Shown here: positions 1-11,941 of the stretch, piece after piece
Position numbering within the stretch: position 1 is the first letter of the stretch
Layout of the letters: each line of letters opens with the position of its first letter
NCBI RefSeq assembly: GCF_006345805.1
Contig: NC_043003.1
Coordinates: forward strand, 62,186,001-62,250,000
Direction: 5' to 3'
Source of the DNA: Octopus sinensis
Lineage: Eukaryota
Length of the DNA stretch: 64,000 nt
Notes under the pieces: generated by a model
What the model saw: only the letters and a program-made list of their open reading frames with translations
Told to the model about the DNA's origin: nothing
Databases searched by the model: none
Position numbers and translations under genes: made by a program

Positions 1-3000
1 ATTGTTAAATGTTCTTTGATCTTTCTGGGATTCAGAGTGCTATACACTATGAGTATTGATACACTTATACACATTTTCAACATCCAAGAAGCACACTAGT
101 TGCTAACTACTAAGGTAAGAAATATGAAGGAAAACCTGATTTAGATGAGAGAAAAATTTAGTTAGCATCATTCCAAATATGAGTTCTGGTTTTTTCTCCT
201 CATTGATTTGTCACCTGAAGAGGAATATTACTCATGGAATTTATGAGTTCTACTAGACTGAGAAGATTGATGCTAATAATATTCAGTTTGAATCTGTTTA
301 TGTCAACATGGACAGTTTTGTCAAGAGTATGGAGTTGTAAGTGAAACAAACTAGTGACAGTGTATTTACCTTCACTGATGATTACTTCAGAGGATTACTT
401 GTGAAAGCTGAGTTAAGATACATGTTCTCTATTGAGAACAAAAAATGATGAATTACTAGCTGGTGGTTGGGGATTTTAGAGAGTGGTTGAGAGGAAATGA
501 GAAAAGAAATCATGAAGGACTGTAACTGGAAGTGTTAGTTACCAATATCCACATGAATGCTATTAATGATATGCAAAGTAGAACCAAAGAAAGTGCAGAC
601 ACCACCTTTATAAAAATATGGCTTGTTTATTACCTGAAGCTCAAAATATCTTTTGTTGCCACTACACGTATAGTTATTCACAGATACCAGTATACATCTA
701 CAGAACTTCAAAAATCAACATCATTGGATGAATAATCTCCCTTCCATTTAGTCTGGACAAATATAAGAACCATATGTTCAAAAGTGGCAACTGCATTAAT
801 AATCTCAAACACTATGCTGGAATACACATAACCTAAAAGTGCACAGAAACAGCAATTGTTGCATTCCAACTAGGTCCATTCCAACTGCCTTTGCTGTAAC
901 TGTCATTAGAATCTCAGTGACACCAAAACAGAGTGAACAACAAAGAGATAGCATCTTATCCAAATTGCAATGCTGAACCTTATACAATAAATAACTTTAT
1001 GTTGGAGGGTACAGCATAGTCCTGGAAATGGAGGTATGGAGTATTTGAGGAAGCAAAATGCTGTGGATTGCACTTATGTGATTGACTGATGGTCAACATT
1101 GTATTAGTTTCATTAATCTGAGGTGCCTAAGTGCTAAACAATAACAGAAAATACTGTAATAAGCTTAGGAATGTAAAAGCATACCAAAAAGAATTGTAAT
1201 TATCAAAATCATATATTATATTAAGTACTAAAGTGATGTAAAATGCTAAAAATATAAATATAAAGCAGAAGACAACTTGTAGCAGCAGAGACAGTTTTAT
1301 ATGTATAGTTGATAGATAGTTATAGTGTAGCTGGGAAAGCCTATTCATCTTAGAAATCTAGAAAAAAGCAAGGATAAAATTTGTTGTTGAATACTCTCAA
1401 TTAGCTCTGACTAGGTTGTGGCACAAAAGCAGTTAATTAGAAACCTTTTAATATTCTAATGTAAATCTTCCATAAAATGATTTAACTTCATAACTTAAAG
1501 TAAGAACAGGATACATGTGAGAGCATGACACTATGAATTTCCTAAGTAAATAAAATCATTCTTCTCATGATTTAACTTTTGGCTGTAAATTTCTGAAATT
1601 GTCAATGATCACCATTAGAGAAAATAGAATTAGTTGATTAAAATGAATGCTGAGAATACTGACATATCAGCTTGGTTTCAAATACAAACCAATGTTTTAA
1701 ACATTAAAAGAGAATTTAAAAACAAATGATTGCCATTTTATTCTTATGACTCAATAAAAAAGAAACTATAGTCCAAGTTGCTTTAGTAAGAAGCTTAGAA
1801 ACATAAGCATCATTCATTAAAAAAGACAAAATGTTTTTTAGGTTTCCTACATTTTCCTTACAGTTCAGTAATAAAATATTTAGTCTCAACTATACTGAAT
1901 GTGGGATAGTTCTTAGTTTGAATAATCTTACATGCAAAGCTAACTGCAAGTTCATCACTGAGGTATATATTTTAAAATGCTATAACATTACCTTTTAGCA
2001 TAGATCCTGAATGTTTCGGTGTTGCTTGATGTTCAGTATGGTCATATCAGCAATCATTTCCATTGCTAAGTATACATATGTACACACCATATATCATCGT
2101 CATTATTATTATCATTGTCCTCCTCCTCCTCCTCATCATCTCTTCTATTACATTTTCCTCTGTATATTCAGTATCACTGGGAAACTAAACAATTAGTTTG
2201 ACATAATTAATTCCATTATCAACTGTTACAAGCATTTTGTGGGTGCAAAAGATAAAATTAAATTCAGTAGACTCATGCTAGAATTTAAAGTGGAGAATCT
2301 AAGACAGTCTAAAAGCATTCAAAGTGTTTTTAAACAGTATCTTCTGCATTAAGCTTTAAATGAAATTTTGAGACCAGGATTTCTTCCAAGATAAGATCTT
2401 AATAAAACCTAACTTGCCCATATGAAATGCAAAACATGAACAAATAATAGTAATATTGTTATTCTCTTAACTATATGGCTATTTGTATTTAACTAAGTCT
2501 AAATATTACAATTAAGCTTAATACAAAAATATTGATTGAAAGAATTGTGATAAAAATACATTTCATATGACTATGGATGGTTAGTAGGGTAAAATTATTT
2601 AAGGTATACAATTTCTTTATTTTAATAGCCAGAGGAACCCCTGTCTTTAAAATGCTTATTTTAGAAATATCTTACATGGCAGAAATGGAAACAAATATAA
2701 AATAAGTATATTATCTCCTTTTTAATTAACAAAGATGATCAATATTGTAAATTAAAACAAAAATAGAAATGATTTAAGGTAGGAAATGCGAAGCAATTTT
2801 ATCTAATAGAAATAGCTATGAAAATAATACAAAATAAAGACAATGACTTTTGATTATTTTTTTGGTATATTCAAAATGAAGCAAAAGTAATATGGGCTTC
2901 ATAGATAAAGTACTGAAAATGAATATGAAATAAATTGGTACATTTTGTTTTCATGAAAAAATTATTTCCCTAGATTTAAAAATAACTTGGTAAATATATT

Positions 3001-3061
3001 TTATATGTCATTTTACTGAAGTAAAACTGCTCATATTTTCAGTCACGTAGGTACTCTCTTT

Positions 3062-3390
3062 GTTCTAATGTTATAAAATTTAGCTGACCAAAGCCTTTTG
3101 AGTGATTTAATCGACAGAAACTGTAAGAATCCCATCATGTGCTTAAGTGTGTATATGCTTGTATCTTCTTGTCTTGATATGGCTTGATACTTGTAAATGA
3201 TTGCCTCTATAATACAAGTAGTGTCATTCATTTCCAATATTCTGTGAGAACATGTTTGGCCATGCCAAAATATTAGCTTGCTTGGAAACAGATTAGTTTT
3301 GCCAACAACAGGGGCATCTAACCATATAAATCTATCTCAATAAATTCCACCCAACTCATGCAAGTATGGAAAAGAAGCCATTAAAATGAT
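3062..3390 (+). mobile_element. tRNA/CORE-type SINE, head-truncated, with RTE-like 3' tail
   Basis: Body motif CTGACCAAAGCCTTTTGAGTG...ACAGAAACTG matches the SINE copies at 58632-59054 and 61764-62196. The tail GGGCATC...CATGCAAGTATGGAAAA...TTAAAATGAT matches 23462-23742 and the RTE 3' ends. Confidence 0.65.
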
Positions 3391-3739
3391 AGCCAACTGG
3401 AAATGGTAACTTCCTAGACATTGGTTTCACTACTTTGATATCAAATTAAGAGTAGTTCTAAAAAGTTTACAAAGTGTAAAATCTGGTATCATCCTTGCTT
3501 CACCAATAATATTAAAACTCTGATTCTAAAAGTCTTTTAGGAATTTCTGGATAGAAATTTCCCTCCTCATATTATGGAATTTTAATAAACTGTTAAACTT
3601 CCATATTCTGCTACCCACAGTCTGGAAGTACTTATAGCAGTTTCTTATAGAAATAAAATATGAAAATATTTTAGCAATTTACCATTATTTAGTCAACAGT
3701 CTTATATAGTTTCTCAATGTTCTCTGCCTAATTATTAAG

Positions 3740-3856
3740 TTCACAAAAGAAAGAATCCTAAAGCGAAACCTGTGACAGGACTATCAAATGATACTATCAA
3801 CCCAAGAAATCTTGAAATTAATAATCTAACACCTACTTCTCCTACTAATGTACTTG
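3740..3856 (+). other. Candidate symmetric (phase 1-1) coding exon of an unidentified gene
   Basis: AG|117 nt|GTAAAT, open frame HKRKNPKAKPVTGLSNDTINPRNLEINNLTPTSPTNVL, bounded by in-frame stops just outside both splice sites. Confidence 0.25.
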
Positions 3857-4519
3857 GTAAATAAGCCAACAACTCGATTACACCTGAATTACATAATACA
3901 GACTGGGTGTTCTAAATAGTCACTCAGATTCCTTAACAATGAACATAAATGTTCTAAGAAGAAGGATTGTCAATTGGATGGAGATTGTGCCCATGGGAAC
4001 GTAGTACACAAGTGTGTTGCTGCTATGGATTAAACTATTTGCTTTTACATTGGATTGACAATCCAGTTAAGAGGAGAATTTTTATCCATTGACATACCTT
4101 AACTTAATTTAAATTTTCCTCATTGCTAGATATATTTCCTCCCTAAAATTCAAGAATATTGTTTGCCATATTAACTATTTCATGGTAACCATAGTGAAAC
4201 TCTACCAAGAAGGTACTCTGCCTACATGAAGTCTGGGAATTTTATTAGCTTAAAAGGAACACATGTTAAAGCAAATGCAACAAATTGTTAAGTAATTGCA
4301 AGCATACATTAAAATTTCAGAATTTTCTAACAAAATGTTTATTTTTATTAGAGTTACAAATCTTCATCTCCCTGTCTCTTTCCATAATTACTATGTTTTA
4401 TTAATGAATGTACTTAACTTATAATTTTCACGTTTCAGTTTTATATTTTTTTCATTCCAAAGTTATTACATGCTAATTTAATTAACAACAATGTTATCTT
4501 AAAGTTTAGTGACAAGTTT

Positions 4520-4835
4520 CCTCAAGTCTCAAGAATCTTTCTTAGGAACATTGCAGAATTAAGCATTGCACTTTCCTGCGGGTCAACAATGCAAGTCTCA
4601 ATTCCAATATCTTTCAATGTCTTAAGTAGTAGTTTGGGTGCTGTGCCAAGTGCACCAATTACCACAGGAATAACTGTTGTCTTAACCTTCCACAATCTCT
4701 CCAACTCTGGCTTGGTCTTGATATTTCTCAATTTTATCAATTTCTTTGGTTATTTCTGTTATATATGGTATTGCAAAATCTGTGACCTTGTCATTATTAT
4801 ATATACCCTTAAAACAATCAATGTCTGAAGTAAGT
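4520..4835 (-). mobile_element. RLE-type non-LTR retrotransposon (R4/Dong-like) C-terminal fragment
   Basis: Translation across one frameshift: DI...DFAIP...KEIDKIEKYQD / ELERLWKVKTTVIPVVIGALG...LRKILET*. This is the typical end of the restriction-like endonuclease domain in R4-clade ORFs. Confidence 0.8.
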
Positions 4836-5170
4836 CTCTTACACCATTAAACAAACTCTCCAAAAATTTCTTTACCTTTTATTTTATACTTACTTCAATA
4901 TGTTTTTTTACCTTCTTTTTAATATATCTGATCGTATTTTCAAATCTTATTTTGCATCATTTTCCATGAAACTACTTTCTTTATTCACTTACCTTCACCT
5001 TGTCATGTCTCAGTCCACCTTAATTTTACTTTATTTTGTTTATACTTTATATCATTTAAGCCCATCTTTGCCATATTTCAGCTTATCTAAAGTCTATATT
5101 GCAGCATCTATTCACATGCCTTGTTACTTCACTAATATGTTTTAAATGTGTGTGTGCATTCACATGCAAA

Positions 5171-5196
5171 CACGCACGCACACACACACACACACA

Positions 5197-5241
<45 letters not shown>
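5171..5241. repeat. (CA)n microsatellite
   Basis: Direct reading, with one interruption. Confidence 0.95.
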
Positions 5242-5243
<2 letters not shown>

Positions 5244-5439
5244 CACATTTATGTTCATGCATATGAGTTGATCTCTGTGTATGAGTCTTCATTGCCTAGT
5301 TTACTTTTAACAGTGAGACGACAGTGACATTGCAAATGTGGCCAAACACACTCCAAGTGACATGATCTGAACTATTTAACATAAAAAATTTTTTTTTTTA
5401 ATTTAACTTTACTATAAATTTGATCTTATATTTTGGCTC

Positions 5440-5830
5440 CCCATTTTCTTTTTCTTCTTTCTTTTTTCATATAACCCTCTTCCAGGTGCCTGGTTATGGA
5501 AGGGGAAAAGGAAATAAAGAAGGAAAAGTGTTCTGTCCATTTTTTTACTTTATTTTTTCACATTTCTCTTTTTTTCTTTTTTATATTTATATTTTTCTCT
5601 TTCTTCTTCCTTTTCTTTTTCTTTTTCTATTTAATCTCTGCCATTCAGATATATTGTCCGTTTAATCAGGTATTTATCTATCTGTTTACTTATGTACTCA
5701 AATTCTCCATATCCTCTTCATATGTATCTCTACTTTTACTTTTACTACCCATTTTTCCTACTCTATCTCTTTTCCCCCTTCTATCTCCTTTTTTCCTATA
5801 TCATGTCTTCCTCTCTGCTTTAAAGCAGGT
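5440..5830. repeat. T/C-rich low-complexity tract
   Basis: Strongly pyrimidine-biased plus strand; it produces the F/L/S-rich spurious ORFs 5420-5665 and 5496-5861. Confidence 0.8.
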
Positions 5831-6004
5831 TTTCTATAACCATTCCAAGTGCTATAAATAAAGCAAACTTTTGTTGACCATTTATATTTTGAACTACCAA
5901 CTGAAAAAGGTAGCACTATGTAAGGGTATCTTATATAAATTAGTAGATGTGTGTATTAAATGCATTCAAAATATCAATATTTGATTTTGTGTTTGTCTTG
6001 AAAT

Positions 6005-6880
6005 ATCATCATCATCATCGTTTAACGTCTGCTTTCCATGCTAGCATGGGTTGGACGATTTGACTGGGGTCTGGCGAACCAGATGGCTGCACCAGACTCC
6101 AATCTGATCTGGCAGAGTTTCTACAGCTGGATGCTCTTCCTAATGCCAACCACTCCGAGTTTGTAGTAGGTGCTTTTATGTTCCACAGGCATAAGGACTA
6201 GCCAGACAGTACTGGCAGTGGTCACACTCAGATGGTGCTTTTTATGTGCCACCTGCACAGGAGCCAGTCCAGCGGCACTGACGACAACCTTGCTCAAATG
6301 TTTTTTCTTTTGCCACCAGCACAAGTGCCACTAAGGTGACGCAGGTAACGATCATGCTCGAATGGTGCTTTTTACGTGCCATTGGCACGGAGGCCAGCTT
6401 GTTGCTCTAGCAACAATCACGCTTGTATGATACTCTTAGCGCTCCACTAGCATGGAAGCCAGTCATTGATTTCGATTTCACTTGCCTCAACAGGTCTTCG
6501 CAAGCAGAGATTAGTGTCCAATGAAGGAAAAGCATGCATAAGTGGGCTGGTTACACCCCTGGCATAGGCTATGAGGTTATGGTCTCACTTGAGCTTGCCA
6601 AGTCTTCTCAAGCACAGCATATTTCCAAAGGTCCCAGTCACTAGTCATTGCCTTGGTGAGGCCCAATGTTCGAAGGTCATGCTTCACCACCTCATCCCGG
6701 GTCTTCCTGGGTCTTCCTCTTCCACAGGTTCCCTCAACCGCTAGGGTGTGGCACTTTTTCACACATCTATCCTCATCCAGTCTCACCACGTGGCCATACC
6801 AGTGCAGTCATCTCTCTTGCACACCACATCTGATGCTTCTTAGGTCCAACTTTTCTCTCAAAGTACTAACACTCTATCGA
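6005..6880 (-). mobile_element. RTE-clade LINE 3' fragment (family A)
   Basis: ORF 6577-6789 (RLDEDRCVKKCHTLAVEGTCGRGRPRKTRDEVVKHDLRTLGL) is the ORF2 C-terminus also seen at 17467-17754. It is followed by the repeated 3' UTR and an (ATG)n tail at 6005-6020. Confidence 0.9.

Positions 6881-6881
<1 letters not shown>

Positions 6882-6922
<41 letters not shown>
6882..6922. repeat. (TA)n microsatellite between two RTE copies
   Basis: Direct reading. Confidence 0.95.
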
Positions 6923-6928
<6 letters not shown>

Positions 6929-6945
6929 GATATATGTATATCATT

Positions 6946-8460
6946 ATTATCATCATTATCATTTAATGTTCAGTGCTGGAATGGGTTGGATGGTTTGACA
7001 GAATCCAGTTTATTCAAAGGCTGCATCATCCTCCAATGTCTGTTTTGGTATGGTTTCTACAGCAGAATGTTATTTTTAATGTCAACCACTTCACATCATG
7101 GAATGGGTGCCTTTTTCATGCTACCAGTACTATTGAGGTCACCATACAGTACACAGAATACAAACTATGAAAGAGGTGTAGGAGTCAGCTTCATACTTAG
7201 GGAGAAAGAAATTACTATGAAAAAGTGGGGAGCAGAGCATGTTCTTGTAGAGGAATCCAAAGGCTATTCACATTTAGAAGGATAAAGAGGAAGAGAGAAA
7301 GAGTAAATGATCAGTAGAAGCTACCAGAGAGAGATAATACCGTTGAGATGTCCAGATGGTCCAACAAAGCACAGACTGAGAAGAAATGGGTGGGTGATTT
7401 GCAAGATTGTATGGGTAGAATGAGGGGATGTAGGGAAAAAATCTTTGTTGTCAACAGTGGTAGTAGCTCCCTCAACTTTTCCAACCAGTTCTTACTCTAG
7501 CTACTATACTTTCAGAGCAACCACCCACTTGATAATTACATGTCCTAGATAACAAAAGCTATCAATTACTTCATATAAACCATTTTGAGCAATTAAGGTA
7601 CTCAGTTTCAGGTGTGCTTGTAGATAATGCTCCACTGCATTTATCACATATGAAACTTATATTCTTGGATTGTCTGCCAGTGATTCCACTACATTTCTTG
7701 TATGTCTATGGCTTACATTGAGTACAATCTAAGGAGTTAAATAGCTGCTTTTTCTTACTTATCACACAAGCCATTTCTCTGAAAGTACCATGGTCTTGTC
7801 TTTTTTCCTACTTACTAAAACCTTCATCTTGGCCAGGTTTCTCTTAGTGCCTCTTCAATCCAGGTTTAGCTTCTAATGCCTGGAATTTTTTCTCTAATTC
7901 CCCAACAGATTCAGCTATGATAACTGCATCATCAGCATATAAGAGTTCTCATGGGCAATCAGTCTCCTCAATGATGGATTGTAGGACTATGTTGAATAGG
8001 AGAGGACTGAGGATTGAACCTTGAGTTCCTACCTTCATGCTAAATTCACCATTAAGTTACTATTCTCTCTCACTTTACTGTATCCTTGTACATAACTTGA
8101 ACTACTCACACAAGCCATTAATATACACCTAGTTTGCTCCAAGCCTACCAAAGTTTTGAGAATGGTACCCTGTCAAATGCTTTCTTCAAATCAAGTTTAT
8201 TGTTAGCCAGATATTTCTCCTGCAGTTGCCTCACAAGTAGATTGCATCTGTGGTGTTACTTCTGGGGACAAAACCAAATTGTGCTTCATCCAGGTCTACT
8301 CAGAATTTTATTTTTATGCACGAATGCTTGTTTTCAAACCGACGACTGTTATGATCCATTCAGTACTGATAATGCAATTGAATTGCAAATGTCAAGAAAC
8401 ATTTTATTCAGTATTTGTGTGCATTCTTTCAATGGGTTCCCTCTGTTCATCGTTTGTTAC
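6946..8460 (-). mobile_element. RTE-clade LINE fragment (family B: RT remnant plus purine/pyrimidine-biased 3' UTR)
   Basis: Minus-strand frames give LDEAQFGFVP, QLQEKYLA, DLKKAFDRVP, QGSILSPLLFNIVLQ, ELLYADDAVIIAES and CTQCK...CDKCSG, with stops and frameshifts. The tail at 6946-7100 resembles the RTE 3' end. Confidence 0.85.
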
Positions 8461-8779
8461 TAATTTTGTTTTGTAAACTTTATCTTTTAGATATCGTTTT
8501 AAAAGATGTTTAGTGGGGGTGAGGTCCAGTAAAAATGGAGTATGTTCTACTGAGCCTCATCATCCAATCCACCTGTATAGCAAAATCTCATAAAGGTAGG
8601 CCTTTGCATTACTATGGCAGTGTATGGGTGCTCTATCTTGCCGGGAATAAAACATCACACCTTCAAAATCATCTTAAATGCTTGGCATGACAGATTGCAA
8701 CAGGAAGTCAAATTAAATGTGACTAGTCACAGTACAATCAAAATAAAAGGCCAATTAATCTTTTTTGATGATAAGCATC

Positions 8780-9100
8780 ACCATTCAGTAACTACTATGG
8801 CACTGGCATAAGTACCTTTTATGTGGCACTGGCACAGGTAATTTTCTACAAGGCACTGCTATAGAGGCATTTTACATGGAACTAGCACAGGGCTCTTGCA
8901 AGGTAAAAACCTTTTAGCTGGGAGGGGAGCATTAGCAATTTTGCTGTGGTGGACAGATCTTCTTGATTACAGCAATGTGCTAGATAGCTCAGTCCTTTGT
9001 CATCTCCTTAAGAAGGCCCAGTGTTCAGAGATCGGCCTTCAGTACTTAATCCCATGTCTTCTTGATCTCCTTCTTCCATGCATTCCACCTACTTTAAGTG
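8780..9100 (-). mobile_element. Degenerate RTE ORF2 end and 3' UTR
   Basis: Minus strand reads RRRSRKTWD*VLKADL*TLGLLKEMTKD, followed by decayed GGCAC/TAAAA UTR units. Confidence 0.65.
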
Positions 9101-9224
9101 ATTGGTACTTTTTTATGCAGCAGTCTACATCCAAACCAGCACAGTTTACTCTCTAAATTGTGTATACATTTTTTTTTGGATACCATGCACATATATATAT
9201 ATGTGTATATATATACATCATCAT

Positions 9225-9700
9225 CATCACCATCATCATTTAATGTCCATTGTCCACACTGGCATTGGTTGAACAGTTTGACCAGGGCTGATAAGCTGGG
9301 TGGGTGGGGGACTGCACCAGACTCCAATCTGATATGGCATGGTTTCTATGGCTGGATACTCTTCCTAACACCAACCACTCTGAGAGTGTAATGGATGCTT
9401 TTGCATGCCACCAGCATGGATGTGAGTTGCATGACACAGTATCTGCCATGGCTATGACTTCACTCAGCTTGATGGGTCTTCTTCTCAAGCACAGTATATT
9501 GCCAATGGTTTCGATCATTCTATGAGTCCCACTGGTTAAAAGATCATGCTTCACCACTTCATCCTATGTCTTCTTGGGTCTACCTCTTCACCAGGTTCCC
9601 TCCCCTGTTAGAGATCAGCACTTCTTCACACTACTGTCCACATCCATACACATCACATAACCATACTAACACTACATCTGATGCCTTTTATGCCTAACTT
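9225..9700 (-). mobile_element. RTE 3' fragment (family A)
   Basis: Contains the RPKKT*DEVVKHDL region, the conserved 3' end and an (ATG)n tail at 9216-9240. Confidence 0.85.
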
Positions 9701-9887
9701 TTCTCTTTAAATGGATTTTTTTCTGTTTCAAAGAACAATAAGCCACAAAAGATTATTGTATATTTCACAGTAAGGCAGCCAGGATTGCCAGGTTTGTGAA
9801 TAAAAATCCGAGTGTTAAGGAATGGAGCAGATAAAATCTGGGCTACATATGTTTACCTAGTGAGCAGAACCTCAGAAGTGGTAACTA

Positions 9888-10177
9888 TCCAAGCAAGGTG
9901 TATACCGCAGGTTACTCTTCAGGCCAAGAGTATTTTGATTAAATGAAGTGTACATTGTTGTTAGGAAGTCCATGTTAATGCATGGAGGATTCGATCTGAA
10001 TGCTCGAGTATTCTGTGTTAACATGGGCCCCTTAATGACAATGTAATGTGATAACTGTGTGCCATTCTGATTGAACCTTCCATGTGTTAACATGGGCCTC
10101 TTAACAACAATGTAAATTTCATTTAATTAAGATACCCTTAGCCTGAAGGGTAGCCTGTGGTATACACCTCCCTTGGA
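9888..10177. mobile_element. Foldback MITE, ~290 bp, ~110-bp TIRs, TA TSD
   Basis: The left arm TCCAAGCAAGGTGTATACCGCAGGTTACTCTTCAGGCC... matches the reverse complement of the right arm TCCAAGGGAGGTGTATACCACAGGCTACCCTTCAGGCT.... TA lies at 9886-87 and 10178-79. Confidence 0.85.
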
Positions 10178-10247
10178 TATTTATTTACCATTTTGCTATA
10201 AAACATATGTAGCCTGGATTTTATCTATTCCATTCCTTAATTCTTGG

Positions 10248-10249
<2 letters not shown>

Positions 10250-10286
<37 letters not shown>
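10250..10286. repeat. (GT)n microsatellite
   Basis: Direct reading. Confidence 0.95.
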
Positions 10287-10289
<3 letters not shown>

Positions 10290-11852
10290 ACATGTACACA
10301 GTGTGTAGTTATTTATTGTGAGAGAATTTATTTTTTCTGGAATAGTATATCTCAAAGCGCGCCATAAAACCATTAACAATATCAGCCTTTGACTTTTTCT
10401 ATCCAATAATTATATGCCATTGTTCTTAGCTTTATGTGTGTGCTTCAAGATACCATTTTATAAATATGCATACATGGCAAATACTTTAGTGACAATTTAG
10501 TCATAAGGGAGTAGGAAGTTAATGGGTAATATGTATAAACATGAGTTTCAGATAGCTGTTTGATGGAAAAGATATAAACTTCAAAAAATGACAATAATGG
10601 TGTCAAAATCATTTAGTACTCTAATTGTAATTACTCTGAAATCATAGACATGCAAAGACTGTGATTTGAAAACTGTAAGTGATTAGAATACCAAACAATG
10701 TTGTTAGGGAAATGTATTTTGAAAGTTATTTTGTGCAGTTGTTCAGTGATTAAACCAGTATCTATAAATGTCTGCATCAATACACTATAAAAAATTAAGA
10801 TAAAGGAATCAAGATCAGCATTAAGATTACAGTTTTGAAAATTAACTGTATAATGAAATTATTTCTGTAATTACTCTATACTGTCAATAATGCAAATCCA
10901 TTCACTGTCTCATTTAACAGCATGCACTCTAATATAGACGATAAGACCCTTACCATTTCCCTTAACTTTGCACACACACTCACACACATGCACACACATG
11001 CATAACCCCCCCCCCCACACACACACACACAGTCACTATTAGCATCATCATCTAAATGCTACCTAAACATTTCCTAAAATATTGCCAACAATAACAACAT
11101 CTGTCAGCAAGAAAATTGCAATCAAGATTCCTTTGACATTATCAGGACACAATCACAGCATATATCAATAAAACAAATTTGCATCACAATATCCATGTAC
11201 AAGAACAACATACAATTAGATATCTGAAAGTTGCTACAAATGTTAAACCTTACAATTGATGATCTCTCTTGACGTTGTCACATATGTAGCATTGCTGAGG
11301 TTACATCTCAAAGACTAAATTTCCACTTCAGAACCAGAAAATACTTTAGTGCTGATAAATTTTTGGCTTTCTGGAATGCTTAATTGTGTCTTTCATTGGA
11401 ATGTTACTCAGTGGATAAAGTGGATGGCTCCTCTCCAGCACTGGTGCTACAATAAAGTGCTCACTATACCATGTAAAATGCTTAATGTTTGGAAAGGTAA
11501 CAAGTCATAGAATCCAAGTCCAAAATAAGCAAGATGCAATCCTTTGACTCATCTAGGTGAGCAGTATTTTCAAAGAGCAGTATTCTCAAATATGTTCTGA
11601 CTCCAACCATGGCAACAAGCACAAACTATACCAGCATGGAAAGCAAATTTATGTGTATTATCTAGGTTGATCCAGAGCAACAATCCATTGAATCAGCCTA
11701 AAGACATTATTTCACCCTCCCTCAGCTTATATATTTTGTTGTTATGATTTTGTCTTTATTTGCCATTGTAGTATTTTGTTATGTTGTATAATTGTGTCAG
11801 GAAGACATTCGGCAAGAAATGGAAACAGAATTGAAAGAAAATGATAATGAAG

Positions 11853-11854
<2 letters not shown>

Positions 11855-11907
<53 letters not shown>

Positions 11908-11941
11908 TAATAATAATAATAGCAACAATAACAACAACAAT
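11855..11941. repeat. (TAA)n microsatellite grading into (CAA)n
   Basis: Direct reading. Confidence 0.95.

Noticed and set aside
805-987. ORF with VGMDLVG, reminiscent of the Gypsy integrase motif
   Set aside because: No flanking integrase motifs (GPL, VDYxT, SDNG) could be recovered in any frame; it is a 7-residue match only.
3043-3237. ORF resembling the R4-type YxFAIQEQE region
   Set aside because: It is the antisense reading of a SINE copy (3062-3390), so the resemblance is coincidental.
5083-5292. CV/HT/YI/YVCM-repeat ORFs here and at 6653, 10173, 23488-23963, 29037, 38600 and 63394-63696
   Set aside because: They are translations of (CA)n, (TA)n and (TATG)n microsatellites, not proteins.
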